Assembly (NCBI GenBank): GCA_000934665.2
Contig: KZ538842.1
Coordinates: 1-45,015 of the forward strand
Reading direction: 5' to 3'
DNA length: 45,015 bases
DNA from: Catajapyx aquilonaris
Lineage: Eukaryota
Part shown: in pieces, positions 25,853 through 34,704 of the stretch
How the letters are laid out: each line of letters starts with the position of its first letter
Position numbering within the stretch: the first letter of the stretch is position 1
Program-made: the position numbers and the translations under genes
The notes under the pieces: model-generated
Database searches by the model: none
The model's input: only the letters and a program-made list of their open reading frames with translations
What the model was told of the DNA's origin: nothing

Positions 25853-25928
<76 letters not shown>
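25600..25928 (+). mobile_element. tRNA-derived SINE with V-domain-like core and long (TAT)n tail
   Basis: A box tggcagagtgg, B box gttcgatccc, core gggttttctcggggttctcccatttcctcccgca; 12-bp TSD aaacagcctaac at 25588-25599 and 25929-25940. Confidence 0.9.
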
Positions 25929-25930
<2 letters not shown>

Positions 25931-26486
25931 ACAGCCTAACTCCACCTGGATACCCACCCCTTTCACTCAACAGTCTGCACCAAAAAGGTACAAAAAAATT
26001 CAAAAGACGTACAACAGCAAGGCCATATGTAGCTTATGACGCCTGCTCATGTGTGTATGTAAGGCACTCCTCGACTCAACCAACTCAACAATAAACATTG
26101 TATACCACCATTTACTACCACCTTTTCATTCACGTATGGTGGGTATCATACCCATTCGCCTGGGGACTGTTTTCTAAAAGTCAGGCAATTACCATTCACA
26201 GCCCGGAAGTTCAGATTGCGGAGAGGATGGAGTGGACTGGGTCAGAGCGAGGGCAAGGTGCGGTAGAGGGGGGAAGGGACTGATTTGGGGACCCCTCCAT
26301 TTTCATTTACTCAACACCCCCTGCCCTCCAATCCCCAAAATATTGCACTGGGGTCATTATAACTGAGGTGGGCCCAAATGTTGCTCGGCATGTGGTAGGA
26401 TCTTGATGAAACAAATCATATAGAGGTACAAAGGCCTATTAGTCTTCATGATCATTATGGAGTTTCCTAGGTGCGTCAGTCATCAT

Positions 26487-27130
26487 TAGGGGGCGGATAC
26501 TTATGCTCTTAAAAAGGTCAAAATATGCATGCAAATAGTCCCCAAAAAATAGCGAAATATTCTCTCAAATATTCTCTAAAACCTGCATTTAATTCGCGAT
26601 TGATTCTTGCGTTACCCTGAAAAATAAATGCATGCAAATTATGTGCCATGAACTTGAGACTTTATCTCACACAAGAGGTTTATTTCTTACACAACGTCAT
26701 CATTTCATCAATTGTCTTCAGCTTCACTATTGAAGTGACAATGAGAGAATATTTTTTTCCAAATTGGATGCAGTTAATCGCTGCCTTGTCTCACTCAGAG
26801 TGGCCTTGAGTATTGAAAATGACCACTCCACATCACATGTCATTATTGGTGCGTTTCAAAAAGGCAAGCAAATGTCCCAAGGTTCGCAACGTAATAAATA
26901 AAGTACAAAAAAAAAGGTGGATAACAAGATTAACGAAGTAAAAAAGTGTGAAATATTCCAAATATGTCGCTAAAGTCAAAATATGTCGTTAAGCTCGAAA
27001 TATTCTTTTATATGCAAAATAAGACCCACTTTTTTTGACTCCTGATGTCATGATTGAGATTTTCGTACAAATCACGCCCTCCTGCATACAGAGGAAAAAA
27101 CTATGTAAAAACATAACTATCCGCCCCCTA
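26487..27130 (-). mobile_element. hAT-superfamily deletion derivative with a transposase C-terminal remnant
   Basis: TIR tagggggcggata...tatccgcccccta; perfect 8-bp TSD GTCATCAT; minus-strand frameshifted APIMTCDV/WSFSILKATLSETRQRLTASNLEK at ~26750-26860. Confidence 0.85.
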
Positions 27131-27314
27131 GTCATCATTGTCTTTGCTAATACCTTCCCCAATACTCCCCTTGTATATTCTGGACTTATTCAGTGAATTG
27201 CTATAGTCTATTACTATATGGCCGTACCTGCAGTCGCCCGACTCAGGTCGTAAGTGGGTAGGCTAAGGAGTCGTCACCCTCTGCAGGTACACCCAGGTAC
27301 GCCTATCATGTGTA

Positions 27315-27475
27315 CAGTGTTGGTCATAAATCGAGGCAACTGCCAGCGACATTTTCCGAAGCGGCAGAAGAAGGAATCGAAGATAAGCATACTTACAAGC
27401 CGGGCGAGCAAGATTACTTCTTCTGCCGCTTCGGAAAATGTCGCTGGCAGTTGCCTCGATTTATGACCAACACTG
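27315..27475. mobile_element. Tc1/mariner-type palindromic MITE, ~60-bp arms
   Basis: TA|cagtgttggtcataaatcgaggcaactgccagcgac ... gtcgctggcagttgcctcgatttatgaccaacactg|TA. Confidence 0.9.
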
Positions 27476-27916
27476 TACCTCAGGTGCACCCTCCACAAGC
27501 CTGTTTATGCACTGTAGGTGCATTAACAGGCTTGTACCAATAAATTTCTCACAGTATATTAAAGAAATTCAATCCTCAACTTCATATATTTTTTAATCCC
27601 GTATGTTTTTATCCTCACCTTATCTATTTTTACGGGATGCAACTCCTCAACCTGAAATGACTGGAGATTTAGCCATAAACTAAGCAACAGAACTCAAATC
27701 ACAAAATACCTCATCTTTACCTTCTTCATGAGACCTTTTTCCTTTTCCACATCATTCCACATGATGGGTCTTAGGACTAACTCACTCAAAACCCAAGTTC
27801 ATTTACTGCTCGTGATTTCCCTTCTTTGAAGCTTCGCCCTGTAGGAAAAGGAAAAAAGAAATTATAATAGCAGGTTGTGGACCAGCACCATTTGGCTATG
27901 AAATATGGCGCTACAT

Positions 27917-28058
27917 CAAGGGGTTAGCAACTCCCTGGAACCGGTGAACACTGGCCCTGGAACCAGGTGGAACCAGCTTGGAACCGGCCTGGAACCAGCT
28001 GGAACCTCCCGGTTCCAGGATCTGGTGTACACTTTTTTGGGGAGTTGCTAAACCCTTG
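27917..28058. mobile_element. Small hAT-type MITE with internal TGGAACC repeats
   Basis: caaggggttagcaactccc ... gggagttgctaaacccttg; TSD cgctacat/ggctacat (7 of 8). Confidence 0.8.
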
Positions 28059-28430
28059 GGCTACATGTGGATGAGCTTAGCATCATATACTGTATATGCA
28101 AAACATTTAAAAATTGAGTTATGAGATGTGTGTAGTAATCCACCCATTGCACAGTGCCGCAGATTACAAAAAAGGTGGACAAAAATGGAAATACTTACTT
28201 GATAACCTTGAAATTTTTTTACTAAGGGTTTCCATGTCGCTGATTTCAAATCTAGTGACAAAATTATAAAATTCAGCATGGCAGATTCAATATGGCGAAC
28301 AGGTGTCAGGTGTGACTATTTTTCGGCTCTGACGGAAAATATGCAGGAAGGGGATGAGAGTGAAAGTAATTTGTTAAAAAATGAATGAATTTGTAACTCT
28401 GAGAACAGTACCCAGCATTTCTTGAACAAA

Positions 28431-28509
28431 TGAAGGGTCGCCCCGAATAATGTTGTAAGTGTATGTTGTAACCAATGTCACTTACAACATTATTCGGGGC
28501 AACCCTTCA
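28431..28509. repeat. Small palindromic element inside the Transib
   Basis: tgaagggtcgccccgaataatgttgtaagtg ... cacttacaacattattcggggcaacccttca. Confidence 0.85.
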
Positions 28510-28614
28510 AATAGTAGCCTATAAACTAACATTTTCCTTGTATTACGAAGCATTATTTCATACTGTTGAAATACTGCACATGTAAAGGATTATAACAATT
28601 ATAAAATTGTGATG

Positions 28615-29238
28615 TCATTTGGCCTCAATCATTAATGATAAGGCTTCATCTCCCGAGAGAGGTGTCACTTTCGCACTCCCCAAGCATCTCTGGTATGCCT
28701 GACGAATATTTTTGGCCCTTTTTGGAGTAGTCATTGTTGCCTCTTTTACAAATTTAGCGGCATCTTCGTTTCCTGCTTGACGCAGCTTCATTTGCGCAGC
28801 ATAAGTCACTTCTGGGGTGGTTGTAGTTCTGCGGAGTTCTTCTGTCTCCCTCCTCTTTGATCGGTTACTACTCTCTGCAAAGTCTCTGCTGGGACGACCA
28901 CATCTAGCCTCTTGCGTACCATGGCCTGACTTCTGCGCTTTTTCCGGAAGTGTGACTTCCCCCTCTAGCCATGTTCCACATTTTTCCACAAAATAGCTTG
29001 CATTCCTAGTAGAAGATTGCCATTTCTTTTGGAACTTGCTGCAAAATCTAGAGAGTTCTACCTTAATTGTTTTAACCATGGCGTCATAGCCTTCAGCTTC
29101 CGGATCAGGGTCTACCAACTGCATCACTTTCTCTTCCAAAAATGCACGCTGATTGGCGTTGCTGGGTGTCTGCCTCATGATTTCAAATACTCCCCTTTTC
29201 ATAAGTGACAACCCTAATATACGTATAAAAATAGTCAA
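28615..29238 (-). pseudogene. Truncated Transib (RAG1-core-related) transposase, N-terminal DNA-binding region only
   Basis: GRPSRDFAESSNRSKRRETEELR...YAAQMKLRQAGNEDAAK...TPKRAKNIR...LSGDEALSLMIEAK; stops before the catalytic DDE region. Confidence 0.85.
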
Positions 29239-29877
29239 ACGTCGTAGTCAGTATTCCATGTCATGGAAATCGCTTGTTTTCAGGGTTAATGATAAGGACC
29301 TGGCTGTGTGTGTGTGTGTGGGGNGGGGGGGGGGTTCATGTATGCATCAATATCTCACAACCTAGCGGTTTTTAGCAACCAAACTGTCCACCATTAGTAC
29401 GTAATTCTCTCAAATTATCTCAAAGGGGATTTGGGGGGATTTTTAAATAACTCCAATTAATACCAATCATTCACAGTGACTTGAGCAACGACAAAAGTTT
29501 AGAATTTGACATCATTGTGACGTCACTATTTTGATGCCTCAAAATCTTCAGTATGGGTTTAAATTGTAGATCTAACCTTTCTTCGAAGTATCCATTATGA
29601 AAACTTAGCCTCCGATCCCTTCCGCAAGAGCAATGACCTCCACACTGCCACTTTCCCTCTGAGACTGAGTGCAGGTGGGACCGATTTCCTTCAGTGATTC
29701 ACCCATTGCAGGCAGTTTGCCAAGTCATGGCGTCATCCATGGTTTACTTATAGCGCACTTTTATTGCCCCAAAGAATAGGGAACACAATGCACTGTGTTT
29801 CCTGTTAATTGAAGCAATGTGAAAATGTGATTTTTGTCCGGCTCTTTTGCAATCCGTGGCACTGTGCATTGGCAGGT

Positions 29878-30120
29878 AATATGAATACCCCATGATAGGC
29901 CTAATTGGGCCTTTTATGGGACAGTCTTTTCATTTACCAGTTTTTTTCATTGCCTGCGGTGTGATGGATTTGGCTTGTGGGAGAAAACCCACGTGAACAT
30001 GGAGAGAACCCATCAAAACTCTATCCACCTTTTTCATCTATCCATCCTGTCCAATCCAGGGATCGAACTCGGGACCTCAGAGGTGGAAGGGTGTAGCCCT
30101 AACCGCTACACCAGTGGGCC
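29878..30120 (-). mobile_element. tRNA-derived SINE, V-like family copy 2
   Basis: Minus strand gagttcgatccc, ggatagagttttgatgggttctctc; homologous to 25600-25928. Confidence 0.85.
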
Positions 30121-30164
30121 CATCAAACATTTAAATAAAATTATTGCTGGTTCCCAAAGCCTTA

Positions 30165-30615
30165 TGGCCGGTATCGACGTGCGAGTTCATCGTATACAAG
30201 TCCTCTTACACGAGAAATCTTGAACGTCGAGACGGAATCTGCTACGCCTCGCAAGAGGGATACGAGAAATGTTGGAAAATTTCAACTTTCTGCCCAAGCC
30301 TCGTACCACCTCGAACATAGGTCACTTGACTCCCGATAGCCAATCTGGTAAGTGATTTCGCCAGACTCACTCTGGGCGCGACGCGGTATCTGTCTCTTGA
30401 CTCTCCCTCCCTTGGTGCTTGGCCCCTCTCTCAAGTCTCACCTCCCCGCCTTCTTCCTGCCATTGCCCACCGGCTTGCCACTAGCGCCATCTTACCCGAG
30501 CCCGGTTGGGAGGGCATGAAATTTTATCTCGTGTCTCACAGTGTCGCGAAGGCCCTGCGCGGACATGCGCAGTAGGTGTCTCGCATACGAGGAACTCGCA
30601 CGTTGATACCGGCCG
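30165..30615. mobile_element. PIF/Harbinger-type MITE
   Basis: TTA|tggccggtatcgacgtgcgagttc ... gaactcgcacgttgataccggccg|TTA. Confidence 0.8.
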
Positions 30616-30942
30616 TTACACTGCCAATATAAACGTCAAAAAATTTAAACATTCTGACCACTATATCTTCAACTAAGTTCCATCTAACTGCTCAATACTT
30701 CCGGCTGAAAGGCATATCAATGATAAACAAGCCATGGCCTACTTTACTGAATTTAAAGATTCAAAATATAACAGATGCCCTTCAAATTGTTGACACACAA
30801 AGACTGACAACTTCATTGCATTTTGTGTTAACATTTCAACACTGCCCACACATAAAGCAAGTTGAACAACTGAAAAGTAATTTTTAACAAGTATTCTTGG
30901 GTCCACCAAAAAATGAAGCTTAAATATTTTGTCTGCCTAGAG

Positions 30943-31476
30943 CAGTGGTTCCCAACCTGAAGGGTTTTCTAGGGGGTTGAGAAGGAAGTTTTTACATTAA
31001 CAAACACTCAGCTGTGAAGGTAAGTATGTGAGTATGTGTTATGAAGTTATGAAATATAGATTTCCTTTTCTTTACCCTATAAAGATGCATTTTTAAGCAA
31101 ATTGGGGTGGGGGTGGGAGAGGGGGGTCGCAGGTTACTTGGCTATTATAAAAGGGGGTCCGGCGGCATGGTGGTCTAGCGGTTATGCCGCTGGCCTGCCA
31201 AGCGGGAGGCCGGGGTTCAAATCCCGTCCCCGTCACCTCTGCTTGGCTGGGTCTTTTTCCGCTTTTCACCCGACATGCCGGAGCAGAATTGCACTCCCTT
31301 CTCTGCTCGGGGCCAGGAGAAAAGGCCTGGTGTTTAAAAATTGTCAGAAATGGCTATCGCATGGCGCCCTCCCTTGGGAACTTCCCCTTCCCCCCGAAGA
31401 GAGCCACGAACTCTATCACGGGGTAACAAGAAGAGGGGGGGGGGGGTCACGACTTGAAAAAGGTTGGGAACCACTG
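30943..31476. mobile_element. hAT Charlie-type MITE containing a SINE
   Basis: TIR cagtggttcccaacct / aggttgggaaccactg; perfect 8-bp TSD GCCTAGAG. Confidence 0.92.
31155..31430 (+). mobile_element. tRNA-Gly(GCC)-derived SINE
   Basis: gcatggtggtctagcggt...gcctgccaagcgggaggccggggttcaaatccc resembles tRNA-Gly-GCC; ends in the shared tail ...ctatcacggggta. Confidence 0.75.
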
Positions 31477-31758
31477 GCCTAGAGAAGACATATTTCCGTT
31501 ACAATTTTTAAAATGACGCTAGGCGAGATAAAATGCAATCCTCTCAGCAAGTCGATAAGAATGAGACACAATCAGCATTATTATTTTATAGAGATGGAAT
31601 AGGAGAACTGGAATTAATAACTGGATATTAATAATATGGGAAAAGTACCACCAACATGTGAAAGAGAGGTCAGTTGCACTTTCACAGAAAAAATTTCGGT
31701 TCTGGTGTTGTTAGTTAGCGAGAATTTTACTGCCAAATTCTCTTTGTCCCATCCTTAA

Positions 31759-32557
31759 CCCCTTCGGCCCCAGATCGGCCCGAACCACACAGTTTTTGGC
31801 TTATGCGTACTCCGAAGATACGGACAAGATATTTTGCAAATAATAACAGCTATACTTACGAGATCTGGGAAAACCCTATGAATGTGTCTGGAACCATTTT
31901 ACTCGTCTAGAAGTCCCTAAATTAATTTCCAAAAAGGGGCTATAATAACTCGAAATTGGACTACTGCCGCCCAACTTTTAGGCTGATTTGATTATGAAAT
32001 GCGTGAAAATATGCGGAATAACAACCACGAGAACCATGCCAGACGAATTTGCTGAAATCGTCGTACTTTGCGAGAAATAAATTAATATTTATTTGTGGCT
32101 TTCTAGCACTTAGGAAAACTCCTAAATGAGTATGAGGTGAATTTTCTGAAATCGTCGTACTTCATGAGAAACAAATAAATTTGGGAGTTTTCCGAAGTTT
32201 TCCGAAGTGCCAGAAAGCAGCAAATAAGTATTAATTTATTTCTCGCAAAGGACGACGATTTCAGCAAATTCCTCTGGTATGGTTCTCAAAGTTGTTATTC
32301 CGCATATTTTCACGCATTTCATAATCAAATCAGCCTAAAAGTTGGGCGGAAGTAGTCCAATTTCGAGTTATTATAGCCCTTTTATGGAAATTAATTTAGG
32401 GACTTCTAGACGAGTAAAATGGTTCCAGACACATTCATAGGGATTTCCCAGATCTCGTAAGTATAGCTGTTATTATTTGCAAAATATCTTGTACGTATCT
32501 TCGGAGTACGCGTAAGCGGAAAACTGTGTGGTTCGAGCCGATCTGGGGCCGAAGGGG
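31759..32557. mobile_element. piggyBac-type foldback element, ~360-bp arms
   Basis: TTAA|ccccttcggccccagatcgg ... ccgatctggggccgaagggg|TTAA; the arms match almost to the centre. Confidence 0.92.
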
Positions 32558-32953
32558 TTAATGGTCACTATCTGGAGCACAAAACTCGCATTCCAAACCA
32601 AGCCCACAACACCACTGCTATACCGCACAATTAACAACCCTAATTCAAGGGGTGCTTTTTTTCTCATTTGGAGACATCAACTAAAAAAGTAGTGACATGC
32701 AGTTCTTGACATGGAAGGGTCAATGTAAATACCTTTTCTGGATCCTTGTTCTTTTCCTCTTCATCTTCCTGAATACAAAATCTCCAGGGACGTGCATGCT
32801 CTTGCTGTACATTACCACCCTTTTTATTTGCATCCTTTAAAATGTAAGGTGATTGATTTATAAATATGGTGGAAAATGACAACCAACCTAGTCACACTAA
32901 TACCTTATACTTCAATCACAAATCAAATCATTATTTTGTCAGTTATAGCTACA

Positions 32954-33994
32954 CAGGGGCTAGACAAAATAATAGGAACACCTACAAAAAGCGGTTGAAA
33001 CTTAGTGCCTGTTTTATTTGAAAACTGGAAAAGTTACAAAGATTACTTTTACCGGATTTTGAAGCTGAACAATGGACACTAGTCGAGGTATGCAAATGAC
33101 CAAATAATCACGAGAGGGGGAGAGAAACAAAAGACGAACGATACCCCCCCCCATACCCCATTTTTGACCCAAGTGTTCTAGGTTCATCATTTGAAAACGA
33201 AATTAGTTACCAACATGGACTTCACTGGGTTTTGAAACTCTATCGATTTCACTTTGTGAGGTATACAAATGGACCAATAATCACACGAGGGGCGGGGAAA
33301 AAAAAGAGAAACGACACCCCCGCCTTACGGGCACTGCTTTATAGAATATTAGTAATATTTAATCAGAAAACCAAAACTGCTGCAGAAATCATCTGTATTG
33401 GGTTTTGAAGCTCTATTTATGTCACTTTGTGGTATACAGATGGCTAACAAATCTGATATTTTGTCCAACACATAATACAATCATCCTAAAAAATCAGTGC
33501 CGGGGGTGGGGGGTATTGTTTCTTTTTTCCCCCGCCACCCTCATTGGCCCATATGTATATCTCACAAAGTTACATCGATGGGGTGGGGGTGTCGTACGTC
33601 ATTTTGTTTCTCTCCCACTCCCGTGCTTTTGCGTCATCTGCATACCTACACAAATGTACCCCTGCGAGCATAAAGATGGAGACGGCAGGCCCTTTTTTGA
33701 CCTTTCTTTATCCGACTCAAATTAATTAACTATTTTTGGACCGAGTTTGCTGCTTCAGGCATGTATTCGTGTATTTATGACAGTATATTTGATACCGTAA
33801 TTGCTGAGATTGACAGAGCAGCCTGCCGAAGGTGAGGGCCTGCCGTCTCCATCTTTATGCTCGCGGGTGTACATCAACATAGCTTCAAAACCCGGTAAAA
33901 GTTATCTATGTAGCTTTTCAAGTTATCGAATAAAGCAGGGGCTAAGTTTCAACTGCTCTTTGCAGGTGTTCCTATTTATTTTGTCTAACCCCTG
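32954..33994. mobile_element. Tc1-type non-autonomous element with a nested inverted-repeat element (~33657-33872)
   Basis: caggggctagacaaaataataggaacacct ... aggtgttcctatttattttgtctaacccctg|TA; inner gcgagcataaagatggagacggcaggccc and its reverse complement; a related right end sits at ~36410-36574. Confidence 0.8.
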
Positions 33995-34102
33995 TACGTG
34001 TCATTAACACACAGCCAAAGTTTCATCAATAGACCATCTTCCAATCCTGTTTGAAACAATCATTACAATGAAGAACACAATCAGAACTTCACCTATAGTT
34101 TT

Positions 34103-34476
34103 TTTGTGGGTTGTAGTTGTTGTTGTTGTTTTGTTTTTTTTACCCCATTGGAGGGAACGAAGCCCTTTTAGGGGGGTGGATTACCACCATTTGAATAATT
34201 TTCAGTATTTTCTTCGGACTCCGTGCAAGGACAATGAGGGAAATAGGGTAAGGATGGGGGGATTTGGGAGGGGACACTGGTGCAAGTGCAATGTCTGAAA
34301 AGGGTCATGTGCAGTCCCCCAGGAGGCCGGTTGCCAAGACGCATCTTTAGGCGCGGGCCAGAGATCCACTGACGCAGACGAAAGGTAACTCCCGGGCGGC
34401 AATTAGAACCCGGGACCTTTCGCACAGCAAGCCGAGATGTTACCATCTCGGCCACCGCACCTTCCCCACCTCATCT
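34103..34476 (-). mobile_element. tRNA-derived SINE, family B-related copy 3
   Basis: Same head ggtggccgagatggtaacatctcggcttgctg; TSD ctatagttt; (CAA)n tail. Confidence 0.85.
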
Positions 34477-34704
34477 ATAGTTTGTTCAGCTAAAGAATGC
34501 AATGATGTCACTTTCTCTAACAATGAATGACACGCAGGTTGCCTGAAAACTCATTCTGATGGGAATTGTGGGTGGGGGTCATTATTATGAGAAAAAGTGA
34601 TGTCATGGCATTCTTCGCTGAACCAACTATAATCATGAAAATGATGTCCTGTGAGGACAGTCCTATAAACTTCAAAATTCACATACAAAATATTTCAGTC
34701 TTAC

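Larger units (their letters stand above)
28150..29866 (-). mobile_element. Transib DNA transposon, internally deleted
   Basis: TIRs begin CACAGTG; perfect 5-bp TSD CATTG (28145-28149, 29867-29871); carries the transposase N-terminal ORF. Confidence 0.9.

Noticed and set aside
25717..26094. ORFs with poly-Leu or poly-Asn runs
   Set aside because: Translation of the (TAT)n SINE tail
27790..27810. In-frame TGA in an exon-like island as a selenocysteine codon
   Set aside because: No SECIS identified and exon status is unproven; a nonsense mutation or non-coding sequence is simpler
27930..28020. Regularly spaced TGGAACC repeats as a CRISPR-like array
   Set aside because: 7-bp units with ~4-bp spacers inside a TIR/TSD-bounded MITE; these are typical hAT subterminal repeats
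31160..31235. Functional tRNA-Gly gene (likewise the other A/B-box heads)
   Set aside because: The acceptor stem does not close and the sequence continues into a SINE body and tail
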